A DNA stretch of 64,000 nucleotides. Source: Planctomycetota bacterium (GTDB lineage Bacteria > Planctomycetota > UBA1135 > JACQFD01). A model generated the notes under the pieces. That model had not been told where the DNA came from, ran no database searches, and was given only the letters and a program-made list of their open reading frames with translations. The stretch spans positions 8,038-72,037 of the forward strand of contig JBJXHE010000017.1 in assembly GCA_046160785.1 (NCBI GenBank), given 5' to 3'. How positions within the stretch are numbered: the first letter of the stretch is position 1; the number at the start of each line of letters is the position of its first letter. The position numbers and the translations under genes were made by a program. Of the stretch, positions 44,629-52,786 are shown piece after piece.

Positions 44629-44949
44629 ATGGGTCTCGAATCTTTAAATCGTGTCGGTGCGAGTTCTCGCAATGTCGACGGTCCGTCTGCGCGACCGAAC
44701 GGTGCCAGCGAGCCTGCGCGGCCATCGTTACAAAACGGCGGACGCGACGCCGACGTTATTGATATTAATACTGTTCATAATGTTGCGAGCACGTTCTCGC
44801 GCCATCAGGAGCGGCTTGAGCGCGCGATTGAAAGCCGGCGAAAGCTCGTCGAGGCGCTGCGAGAAGTTATGAACAGCGGAGGACTGGATACGCCGGAAGC
44901 GGCAGGCCGTGCCGCCGACGGGATCCTGCGCCGAGGGTCGGTTGGCTAA
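44629..44949 (+). CDS. Possible anti-sigma-28 factor FlgM-like protein
   Basis: The protein is 106 aa. Its ATG is preceded by GGAG at a 6-nt spacing. The N-half is disordered, and the C-terminal helical segment RRKLVEALREVMNSGGLDTPEAAGRAADGIL resembles the FlgM sigma-binding region. The neighbourhood is flagellar. Confidence 0.35.
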   Translation: MGLESLNRVGASSRNVDGPSARPNGASEPARPSLQNGGRDADVIDINTVHNVASTFSRHQERLERAIESRRKLVEALREVMNSGGLDTPEAAGRAADGILRRGSVG

Positions 44950-44988
44950 AACTAATTATCCGCGAACGGACGGTTATAAACGAAAATG

Positions 44989-45019
44989 AGGAGCGCCTGG
45001 TGCGCTCCTTGTTTTTTTT
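44989..45019 (+). terminator. Intrinsic terminator between convergent genes
   Basis: AGGAGCGC-ctggt-GCGCTCCT is followed by TGTTTTTTTT. An A-rich run (CGAAAATG) lies upstream, so it may act in both directions. Confidence 0.7.
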
Positions 45020-45028
45020 ATTATTAAG

Positions 45029-45697
45029 TTACTTCTTAACTTTCACGCTCTTTAGCATTTCTTCAAAAATGGGTTTCGCGTCCGTAACAGTTCTCGCGGG
45101 GCCGGTAAGTTTAAAGAAGTATCCGCCGTCGGCCTGATCCAGCATTGCAACAATCATTTTTGCACCTGCGATCTTGCCTTTTACTTCGCCGGTGGGCGTC
45201 GTATCTGTAAAATTGCCGTCGCCCTCGAAGATCTTTGCGGTCGCGGCGCCGAGCTGCAATTCCCGAATTGTAGCTTTATCGCGCGTGAGCGGTGTTCCGT
45301 CGGGAAGCGAGAGCTGGCTCGCCCAGCGATCGACGTTCTGATCGAAATTCCCAGCGCCGCCTTTAAAGAAGAATACAATAATTCCCGCGTCGGCGGAGTC
45401 GCCGCCCGAACTTGGAACTAACAATTCCGCCACGCGCATCGTCGAAGCCGGTTTTGTATATTTCCATCCCTTTGGAACTTCGAATTCAATTCCAGCAGCT
45501 GTTACTTTACCCGCGTTCTCAACACCGGCAGCGTGTGGATTTGGAGTATTCGGTTTCACCGGCCCCGGCGTGCGCGCCTGTTCGCTCGGCAACGGAGGAA
45601 GTTTGCGTGAAGACTTGTCGTCGGGCCGGCACGCGGCGGCCAGCGAAATAACTAATACTAACGGAACGCACAGCGACGAGCGGCGGATGTGTTGCAT
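45029..45697 (-). CDS. Lipoprotein of unknown function (operon gene D)
   Basis: The lipobox is VISLAAAC. The 222-aa protein has a Pro-rich linker followed by an alpha/beta-looking domain. Confidence 0.65.
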   Translation of the reverse strand: MQHIRRSSLCVPLVLVISLAAACRPDDKSSRKLPPLPSEQARTPGPVKPNTPNPHAAGVENAGKVTAAGIEFEVPKGWKYTKPASTMRVAELLVPSSGGDSADAGIIVFFFKGGAGNFDQNVDRWASQLSLPDGTPLTRDKATIRELQLGAATAKIFEGDGNFTDTTPTGEVKGKIAGAKMIVAMLDQADGGYFFKLTGPARTVTDAKPIFEEMLKSVKVKK

Positions 45698-45777
45698 TTC
45701 CCAATTATGCGGCGTTTCAAATCAAAACGCGATGCTCATATTCAATCTCTTCAGCGAGTGCGCGGGGCGCGCAATCG

Positions 45778-46404
45778 TCATTTGCCGTTTCTTATTGTTG
45801 CGACCGCTTGCGCCGCGACGAGCCCCGCGAATCGCGCGGGAGAAACCTGCGTGAGCGTCCAATTGTAAGAATCGACGGAGCGGGCCGAATAGTTAGCATA
45901 TGCACTTTCGACTGCGTTCGCCGCATCGCGGTCGGCCATGTCGAAATGGGCATTGCAACTCCATAACGTTAATCCGGAATTCGCCGAGATCATATCTAAT
46001 CTCAATCCTAAATTCTGCGGCGGATACGCGCGGAAAGCGGTCACGGCTCCGAACAGAACGGCGTCGGCGCCGTGGCGAATTGCTAATTCTAGAATCGTTT
46101 CTAACTTATATTTTCCCGTGCGCCGCGGATTATCATTATTAGCGAAGCGGTCGTCGCTCAGGTCGAGACTTATCATTTCAATCGACGTTCCCTTCTCGAA
46201 TTCTTCGACAAACGCGCGCTCGACCGCGACGACGTCGGCGCCGCCGGCCGTCTCGTCCGCGAGCGGCACAAACACAACGCGCCGCAAGTTTAAATTTACA
46301 AATTCTTCGGAGCGAAATGCGGGCACTGTTCGCATCGTGTCCGACACCGCGGAACACGCGCCGGCGCAACACGCAAGAACTGTTATAAAGGTAATTCGTA
46401 ACAT
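45778..46404 (-). CDS. Lipoprotein, possibly LpoB/CsgG/LPP20-like fold (operon gene C)
   Basis: The lipobox region is TVLACCAGAC. The motif ADAVLFGAVTAFRAYPPQNLGLRLDMISANSGLTLW resembles the strand-loop-strand signature of that lipoprotein superfamily. This rests on my memory of the motif only. Confidence 0.55.
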   Translation of the reverse strand: MLRITFITVLACCAGACSAVSDTMRTVPAFRSEEFVNLNLRRVVFVPLADETAGGADVVAVERAFVEEFEKGTSIEMISLDLSDDRFANNDNPRRTGKYKLETILELAIRHGADAVLFGAVTAFRAYPPQNLGLRLDMISANSGLTLWSCNAHFDMADRDAANAVESAYANYSARSVDSYNWTLTQVSPARFAGLVAAQAVATIRNGK

Positions 46405-46409
46405 TGCGT

Positions 46410-47084
46410 TTACTTATGATCCGCCGCGCGGTCGGCCGGTTTTTGTTCATTTGCCGGACGCGACTCGGCATTCGCTACAACTTTCGCGGCTGGCGCCGGG
46501 GGCGGGTCAACCGCGGGATCAATAACAAGTCCGTTGTCGGCTGCGATCTTTAATGATCGCTCCAGCAGAATTTTAGTTTCGATCGATTCCTTTTCGGATT
46601 CGGCGACGCGCAGCGCCGCCGTCACGAGCCGTTCCTGGAGATCGCGAATTTTACTTTGCATTCGATCGCGTTCAGAGCGCGTCGTCTCAAGTTCATTTTG
46701 TAATGATTTCATTTCCTTTTGAATATCTTCGAGCTGCTTTTGCGTTTTTGTATAGTTCTCCTCGAACTTTACAGCTTTCTCTTTCTCCACTTTTAGTTCA
46801 TTTCGCGTTCTGTTAAGAATCTGCGGAATGCTTTCTTCGCCGACGCTTTCAGACGCGCGCCTCGACGAGAGCATCGGGTCGTTCGCCCCGCGCGGTTTCG
46901 GATTATTATTATCCTGAGTCGCGGAGGCGTCGACGGCCACGCCGCCGGAATTGATATCATTTGTGAGATCGGCTCCCAAACCGGCATTCTGAGGTTCCCC
47001 GGTCTGCGAACCTCGGCCCGTATTGCACGCGGCAAAAGTTAATATAACAAATAAAAAAACGAGACTTTGGGTGAAGCGATTCAT
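46410..47084 (-). CDS. Coiled-coil lipoprotein (operon gene B)
   Basis: The lipobox is ILTFAAC. A ~110-aa heptad-rich segment reads EKEKAVKFEENYTKTQKQLEDIQKEMKSLQNELETTRSERDRMQSKIRDLQERL. The start overlaps gene A by 4 nt. Confidence 0.65.
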   Translation of the reverse strand: MNRFTQSLVFLFVILTFAACNTGRGSQTGEPQNAGLGADLTNDINSGGVAVDASATQDNNNPKPRGANDPMLSSRRASESVGEESIPQILNRTRNELKVEKEKAVKFEENYTKTQKQLEDIQKEMKSLQNELETTRSERDRMQSKIRDLQERLVTAALRVAESEKESIETKILLERSLKIAADNGLVIDPAVDPPPAPAAKVVANAESRPANEQKPADRAADHK

Positions 47085-47374
47085 ATTCCGGCCTCCGTTG
47101 CAATTTTAGTTGTTGCCGCTTTAGTAATTGCCGCATTCATTGTTGCCGCATTCATTGTTGGGTCCGCGTCGCGGTCTAAAACGAGTTCGATCTCCATCGC
47201 GCGTCCGCAAACGCAATCGATTCGGACGGCGCGGACGGCGCCGTCGGCACGAATTAATTGTAAGTTAGGTGCCGGATGGACGGTGTGCTCTCCATTCACG
47301 GCCGGAGTGGTTTCGTGAATCTTGAGTTGATCGCGTTTGATGATACGCGCGGGAGCTGGGGAGGTTGTGCGCAT
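47081..47374 (-). CDS. Small protein of unknown function (operon gene A)
   Basis: The 97-aa protein has an ATG start and no signal peptide. An in-frame tandem 15-bp duplication at 47130-47159 encodes TMNAA twice. It is coupled to gene B. Confidence 0.5.
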   Translation of the reverse strand: MRTTSPAPARIIKRDQLKIHETTPAVNGEHTVHPAPNLQLIRADGAVRAVRIDCVCGRAMEIELVLDRDADPTMNAATMNAAITKAATTKIATEAGI

Positions 47375-47408
47375 CTGTAAACTACTAGTATAAACTACAA
47401 ATCGATGG

Positions 47409-47436
47409 ACTATAAAAATGGGGGGGGAAATGTAAA
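47409..47436 (-). promoter_or_regulatory. Candidate sigma70-type promoter with a homopolymeric C8 tract in the spacer
   Basis: The minus strand reads TTTACA-TTTCCCCCCCCATTTT-TATAGT, with a 16-nt spacer. It lies 35 nt upstream of the gene A ATG and directly after the stop of the preceding ORF. Confidence 0.4.
47420..47427. repeat. Homopolymeric G8 (C8 on the minus strand) tract
   Basis: Read directly from the sequence: ...AAAAATGGGGGGGGAAATG... Confidence 0.95.
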
Positions 47437-47700
47437 TTATGCAGTACGGTCTACGATTTGTCCCGTTTCCGGCGGCGGCGGAACAGCTTCGCCAGCTGTA
47501 GCATCCGGGTCTTCTGTATCGTTTGCGGCTTTTGTATCATCTTCATTTTCTGAGGCGTCTTCGTTTTGTTGTGATTCTTCTGCGTCCTCATCCAGGGTGA
47601 ATTTTTGTTGTCGATCTCGAGGACGTTCGCCCAGCCGTGGTATCGACTCCGGAGGTCCCGGGCCGACCATCGGAGGAACGCGTTGAATCGGGAGCTCCAC
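47437..47700 (-). CDS. Small acidic, probably disordered protein downstream of fliA
   Basis: GTG 47700 is preceded by GGAGG at a 6-nt spacing, and lies 1 nt after the fliA stop. The 87-aa protein has a D/E-rich centre (DEDAEESQQNEDASENEDD). Confidence 0.4.
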   Translation of the reverse strand: MELPIQRVPPMVGPGPPESIPRLGERPRDRQQKFTLDEDAEESQQNEDASENEDDTKAANDTEDPDATAGEAVPPPPETGQIVDRTA

Positions 47701-47701
47701 T

Positions 47702-48451
47702 TCATACCTCCGCCGCCTCTGCGGCCTGCGCCGGCTCCATGATGGATCGTAAGTGTACAATTGCGCGCGCGTGAATTTGCGATGCGCGGGATTCTGAGAA
47801 TCCCATCACTTCCCCGATCTCTTTTAATAGTAAACTCTCCGCGTAATATAAAGTTATCACCTGCCGCTCAACTTTCGGTAATTGTGCAATTGCTTGGGCC
47901 AGTTTTGCTCGCAGTTCATTTTGCGCGGCGATGTTCGACGGATCGGCCTCTTTTGATGATTTTAACAATGCGCCGATTCCCGAATCGTCCGATGGATTAT
48001 CATCAATCGAGACGACCTGCGCGGTGTGATGTGCTAATAATGCTTCGTCGAGTTCTTCTGTAGTAAGTCCCGTTTCCTCAGCGAGTTCTTCAGGGCTTGG
48101 CGGCCGCCCTTCGCGCTGTTCAATTTTCCGGCGCGCGTTCTCAATTAAACGATAACGATCGCGGCGCGTGCGCGGCAGGAAATCTAATCTTCGCAATTCA
48201 TCAAGAATAGAACCGCGAATATGAATATAAGCATGCGTCGAAAACGCGGTTCCGCGAGAAACATCATACGTTTGAACCGCGCGCCACAGTCCGATCGCGC
48301 CCCACGCGCACAGATCATCGCGGTCGAGCGTCGGCGGCAGATCGATTGCTAATCTTCCGACGACAAATTTTACTAACAAAAGAGAATCTTCAAATCGCTT
48401 TTGCATCTGCTCCGGAGTTGTCATTTCCGCGTAGGCGTCCGCGCGTGCCAT
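47702..48451 (-). CDS. fliA: Flagellar sigma factor sigma-28
   Basis: The 249-aa protein has sigma-70 regions 2, 3 and 4 (DDLCAWGAIGLWRAVQTYD..., region 4 ESLLLKEIGEVMGFSESRASQIHARAI). It follows flhF-flhG. Confidence 0.9.
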   Translation of the reverse strand: MARADAYAEMTTPEQMQKRFEDSLLLVKFVVGRLAIDLPPTLDRDDLCAWGAIGLWRAVQTYDVSRGTAFSTHAYIHIRGSILDELRRLDFLPRTRRDRYRLIENARRKIEQREGRPPSPEELAEETGLTTEELDEALLAHHTAQVVSIDDNPSDDSGIGALLKSSKEADPSNIAAQNELRAKLAQAIAQLPKVERQVITLYYAESLLLKEIGEVMGFSESRASQIHARAIVHLRSIMEPAQAAEAAEV

Positions 48452-48735
48452 CAGATGTTTCCTCCGGGCTTTGTTATCTTAACAGAAGCGGCCGGCGCCT
48501 CGGGCGTCGCGCTTTGTGTAGTATCCAGCGCGCGTTCTAATAAATTATATAATATTGGCACAATGCACACGATTGCTAATGCTGAGATGAGTCCGCGAAA
48601 AGCCGCGGTCCACTCGGTGGTTCCGTTGAGTAGTGAAAGCCCGGCCGCGAGGGCGAAGGCGCCCGCCGACGTCCTGGCAACGACTACTTGGCGCGGCGGT
48701 AACATCGCTGGCCAATTTCGTCGCTTTAGATCCAT
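48451..48735 (-). CDS. Small membrane protein between flhG and fliA
   Basis: The 94-aa protein has two hydrophobic segments. Its stop overlaps the fliA ATG (TGATG, 1-nt overlap) and its start overlaps the flhG end by 10 nt. Confidence 0.5.
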   Translation of the reverse strand: MDLKRRNWPAMLPPRQVVVARTSAGAFALAAGLSLLNGTTEWTAAFRGLISALAIVCIVPILYNLLERALDTTQSATPEAPAASVKITKPGGNI

Positions 48736-49616
48736 TCGCTTGAGGACGCGGGCGCGGCTAATTGAATTGTTGTAACCGCATTTGTAACTCTTCCTGCGAG
48801 CAGCCTTAACGCGGCGGCCGCGGATGAACCCGGCTCCGCAAGGACGAGGGGCTTGCGGGCGGCGGTCGCTCGCGTCACGGCCGCGTCGCGCGGAATCCAG
48901 CCAAAAGATTCAATTTGCGAACCGAGAAAGCGCCCGACAACTGCTACAAATCGCTCGGCGAGCTGGCGCGCTTCGACCGGGCCCGGAGCTTCATTAACAA
49001 TAAGTCCGATTTTTGTTAATGGCGCGCGTGTGTGCGCAATCTTAACAACTGCGTACGCGTCCGCGATCGACGCGGGGTCGGGCGTCGCGACGACAAGTAA
49101 TAAATCCGCGGTGTGCGCGATCGCGAGTCCGTCCTGATGAATTCCGGCCGGAAGATCAAATATAGCAATATCGCGCGACTCGGCGCCTTTGTTAATCATC
49201 GAAAGAATCGCAGAACGTTTTGTTACATCGAGCTGCGCGTAGTTTTCAATTCCGCGCGGCGCGAGAAGCACGTCCACGCCCGATGGGCCGCGCACGACGA
49301 GTTGTTCCACGCTGCGATTAGAAGTGATGCCGTGGCTTAAATTATAATTTCGCGGGAGATTTAATATTGCATCGAGCGAGGAAAGCCCAAAATCACAATC
49401 AACTAATAATATTTTAGGAGCGATGCCGCGGCGCACGCCGCGCGCGAGCGCGACTGCAAGATTCGCCGCAATGGTTGATTTCCCGACGCCGCCCTTTCCG
49501 CCCGTCACACCGATTCGGGGCGTCCGGCGCGAGCGCGCCGGTTGATACATTTGAATGGTATCAACAGGATTGTTAATTAATAATAGTGAATCGGCTTGCG
49601 TGGGCATGTTAAACAT
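48726..49616 (-). CDS. flhG: MinD/ParA-type flagellar number regulator FlhG
   Basis: The deviant Walker A is GVTGGKGGVGKST. It lies downstream of flhF. Confidence 0.85.
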   Translation of the reverse strand: MFNMPTQADSLLLINNPVDTIQMYQPARSRRTPRIGVTGGKGGVGKSTIAANLAVALARGVRRGIAPKILLVDCDFGLSSLDAILNLPRNYNLSHGITSNRSVEQLVVRGPSGVDVLLAPRGIENYAQLDVTKRSAILSMINKGAESRDIAIFDLPAGIHQDGLAIAHTADLLLVVATPDPASIADAYAVVKIAHTRAPLTKIGLIVNEAPGPVEARQLAERFVAVVGRFLGSQIESFGWIPRDAAVTRATAARKPLVLAEPGSSAAAALRLLAGRVTNAVTTIQLAAPASSSEWI

Positions 49617-50625
49617 TCGCTCGAGCCGCTTCCGCGCTCGCCTTTAAGATAAAATGAGCCGCGCGCTCGCCGGTCGCGCGTTCGAGATCGCCAGGCACTT
49701 CCTGCCCTGTACACAAAAACGCTAAAGGTAATTTTTGTTCGAATGCAACAGTTATCGCGGGCCCGCAATGTTCTGTTTCATCGAGTTTTGTAATCACCAA
49801 ACCCGTGGGCTTCGTTGCCTGGAATTCACGCGCCGCGGAGCGGACGGATTCGAGCGATTGCGTCGCGGATAATACTAATAATGTTTCGAGCCGCTCCGCG
49901 TGTCCGAGCGTTGACGCGAGCTCGGCCAGGCGCTCGGCGTCGTTCGGGCTGCGGCCCGTTGTATCAATTAAGATAATATCACAATCCCGATACTTCTCCG
50001 GCGCTCGTATCAAATCCGCGGGTGTAAATAATACACCAAACGGCGCGGCGAGCATGTCGGCGTACGCCCTCAGCTGCTCGACCGCGCCGATTCGATATGT
50101 ATCAAATGTGAGCAATGCAACTTTACGTTTCGACTGGCGCGTGAGCCGCCCGGCGAGTTTAGCAATCGTCGTCGTCTTTCCGACGCCGGTCGGCCCCACC
50201 AATGCAACTAATCGCGGGCCGCTGGCGTGCGGCGGGCGCGATGGCAAGATTGGAATCTGGTTTGCTAATGTTAGTGATGCAGCGTCGAAGGCTAATGTTC
50301 CTCCGTGCGGAGCGGCCGCGGCGAGTGCAAGACTGCGCAGGTCGCCCGTGATTCCCGCGCTGCGCAGCCGTTCGTTCAAGTCCTGCAGGCCCGCGGGCGC
50401 ATTCGACTCAAAATTAGCAATTCGCGCGCGCAGCAATTTTAACTCTTGCTGTATCGCTAATGATTCTCCGCCGGAGCCCGTTCGCGCGAAATTGTTAACA
50501 ACGACAAGCTCGACGCCGTCCGCCGTCGCGCGCGTTGTTAATATTCGAGCCTGGTCGCCCAGCTCTTCACGCGCGAGCAGCAGCGCCTCGCGAGCGGACG
50601 GAGCAAAAAAGCTGCGCACTCTCAT
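49609..50625 (-). CDS. flhF: SRP-type GTPase FlhF
   Basis: The G-domain motifs are VALVGPTGVGKTTTIAKLA, DTTGRS and ITKLDE. The N-terminus is FlhF-like (MRVRSFFAPSAREALLLAREELG). Confidence 0.85.
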   Translation of the reverse strand: MRVRSFFAPSAREALLLAREELGDQARILTTRATADGVELVVVNNFARTGSGGESLAIQQELKLLRARIANFESNAPAGLQDLNERLRSAGITGDLRSLALAAAAPHGGTLAFDAASLTLANQIPILPSRPPHASGPRLVALVGPTGVGKTTTIAKLAGRLTRQSKRKVALLTFDTYRIGAVEQLRAYADMLAAPFGVLFTPADLIRAPEKYRDCDIILIDTTGRSPNDAERLAELASTLGHAERLETLLVLSATQSLESVRSAAREFQATKPTGLVITKLDETEHCGPAITVAFEQKLPLAFLCTGQEVPGDLERATGERAAHFILKASAEAARANV

Positions 50626-52766
50626 TAGTTAACTCCCACCATCGCTAACGATTCGACGGATTTCGCGGACTGCGCTTCTTGATACGAAAGCACTGGAACG
50701 CGCGGCGCGCTTGGAATTAATAGATCGCGCACGAATTTACGAATATTTCCGCGCACGAGCACGACGGGTTCGCGACCCGATTTGGAAGATGCAGAAGCAG
50801 AATTAACAATTTGATCGACGACGCGCTTGAGTTCGGTCGCCGTCGGAGCGTCGGCGTTTGGATTTGTTAACATCGATGAAATGCGGGCTTCCACCGCAGG
50901 GTCGAGCGTAATGGCAAAGATCTTTCCGTCGCCGCCCGCGACGCGCTCGCAAATTCCGCGGCCAAGCGCCGTTCTTACAATTTCGGTGAGGCGGTCTGTA
51001 TCTTTAGTTTGCGCGCCGTGGTCGGCGAGCGTTTCTAATATTTGCGGCAGATGTTTAATAGAAATGCGCTCGCGCAGCAGATTCTTCAATACTTTTTGGA
51101 TCTCGCCGATTGTTAATATTCCCGGCACAAGTTCTTCGACGACAGCGGGGGATTTCTTTTTAATAGTTTCGAGGAGATGCTTCACGTCGTCGCGGGTGAT
51201 CACTTCGTGCGCGTGGCGGCGCAGCAGTTCTGTAACGTGTGTCACCAGCACAGAGACCGGCTCAATTAATGTATATCCTAACAATTCCGCGTCCTGGCGC
51301 TGGGCCGCTGGAATCCATTTCGCGGGAAGCCCGAAGACGGGCTCTGTTGTAGCAATTCCCTGAATGGGCTTTGCGCGTCCCGACGGATCCATCGCTAATA
51401 AATGGCCAACCATCAATCGGCCCGCGCCGACTTCCTCGCCGTTGACTAAGATTCGATACGCGTTCGGGTCGAGCCGCATATTATCTAATATTCGAACGGG
51501 CGGTACTACAAATCCTTCGGTCGAGGCAAACTGCCTTCTTAACATTGCAATATGATCTAATATTCCCGCGCCATTGCCGGGGTCGACGAGTGGAATTAAA
51601 CGATAACCGACCTCCGCGCTGAGACGGTCGACTTGTAACAGATCGTCAACCTTCTTCGGATCGGCGTGTTCCGCCTCGGCTCCCTTTGCGTTAGCATTCG
51701 CGTCGGCTCCGTGGCCTTTCTTGCCTTTCGCGGTGCCTTTCGCATGTGTAGTATTCGCGGCGCCTTCATTTTCATACAATTGTTCGACGCTGCGCGTTTG
51801 ATTATAAAATATATAACAAACCGCTGCGAGCGCGACGAACGGTAACATGGGTATTCCGGGCAGCAGAGCGATGCCGCAGAGAACCGCCGCAGTTGTTAAG
51901 ATCGCGCGAGGATGGCTGAGAAAGGGCAAAGCCATTTCCTTCGAGAGCCGGGCTTCCATCGCTGTTTTTGTTACAATGACGCCCGACGCAGTGGAAATTA
52001 ACAATGCGGGAATCTGGCTCACGAGGCCGTCGCCAACGCTAAGAACCGCGTAACGCTGAACGGCTTCTCCGAGCGGGCGGCCGTCCATCAGCACACCTAT
52101 CAATACTCCGCCGACGAGATTAATTATTGTAATTAACAATCCCGCGATCGCGTCTCCGCGAACAAATTTGCCGGCGCCGTCCATCGCGCCGTAGAACTCG
52201 GCTTCTCTACCAATAATTTCTCGCCTCGAGCGCGCTTCTTCGCCTGTGATCAATCCGGCATTCATGTCGGCGTCGATCGCCATTTGTTTTCCGGGCATGG
52301 CGTCGAGAGTGAATCGCGCCGCAACTTCGCTGATTCGATTGCTACCTTTCGTAATAACTACAAATTGAATGACGAGCAGAATTGCAAATACAACAAGTCC
52401 AATAATAATATTCCCGCCGACGACAATTTTACCAAACGCGTCGATGAGGTCGCCCGCATGGCCGGTCGACAGGATGCTGCGCGTCGATGCGACGTTGATG
52501 CCGAGGCGCGCCAAAGTTGTAAAAAGAAGCAGCGTTGGAAATGTTGCAAACTCGAGTGCTTTGCGCGTATTTAATGAAATGAGCAATATGCCGACGCTGA
52601 GCGCAATATTGCATGCAATCGCGAAATCTAATATGAGCGGCGGCAGCGCCGCGACGAGTACGACGAGAATGGATATAACAAATCCGCCGAGCAGCCAATC
52701 GCCGTGCTTCAGCACTCCGCGCGCGAGCGGCTTCAGCGACGATTCGATTTGAAGCGAGGTCATCAT
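50625..52766 (-). CDS. flhA: Flagellar type III export gate protein FlhA
   Basis: The 713-aa protein has the conserved TM domain, the FHIPEP-like region (FVRGDAIAGLLITIINLVGG) and a cytoplasmic C-domain. Confidence 0.95.
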   Translation of the reverse strand: MMTSLQIESSLKPLARGVLKHGDWLLGGFVISILVVLVAALPPLILDFAIACNIALSVGILLISLNTRKALEFATFPTLLLFTTLARLGINVASTRSILSTGHAGDLIDAFGKIVVGGNIIIGLVVFAILLVIQFVVITKGSNRISEVAARFTLDAMPGKQMAIDADMNAGLITGEEARSRREIIGREAEFYGAMDGAGKFVRGDAIAGLLITIINLVGGVLIGVLMDGRPLGEAVQRYAVLSVGDGLVSQIPALLISTASGVIVTKTAMEARLSKEMALPFLSHPRAILTTAAVLCGIALLPGIPMLPFVALAAVCYIFYNQTRSVEQLYENEGAANTTHAKGTAKGKKGHGADANANAKGAEAEHADPKKVDDLLQVDRLSAEVGYRLIPLVDPGNGAGILDHIAMLRRQFASTEGFVVPPVRILDNMRLDPNAYRILVNGEEVGAGRLMVGHLLAMDPSGRAKPIQGIATTEPVFGLPAKWIPAAQRQDAELLGYTLIEPVSVLVTHVTELLRRHAHEVITRDDVKHLLETIKKKSPAVVEELVPGILTIGEIQKVLKNLLRERISIKHLPQILETLADHGAQTKDTDRLTEIVRTALGRGICERVAGGDGKIFAITLDPAVEARISSMLTNPNADAPTATELKRVVDQIVNSASASSKSGREPVVLVRGNIRKFVRDLLIPSAPRVPVLSYQEAQSAKSVESLAMVGVN

Positions 52767-52786
52767 TTGTTATTTCTTCGCTGCTT

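Noticed and set aside
47451-47705. An 84-aa very basic ORF whose ATG overlaps the fliA stop as ATGA
   Set aside because: - It shares the region with the acidic frame (47437-47700).
- The only Shine-Dalgarno (GGAGG) lies 1 nt from this ATG, which is too close. It lies 6 nt from the GTG of the acidic frame.
- The K/Q/T-rich product looks like an off-frame translation.
- The call remains uncertain without ribosome profiling.
49805-50632. Long antisense ORFs opposite well-supported genes: 49805-50632 opposite flhF, 45938-46525, 41671-42255, 13179-13685, 63538-63996 and 1601-2152
   Set aside because: - Their products are Arg/Ser/Ala/Pro-rich and low in complexity, which is typical of the reverse strand of GC-rich coding DNA.
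- Each is fully covered by a gene with clear family motifs on the other strand.
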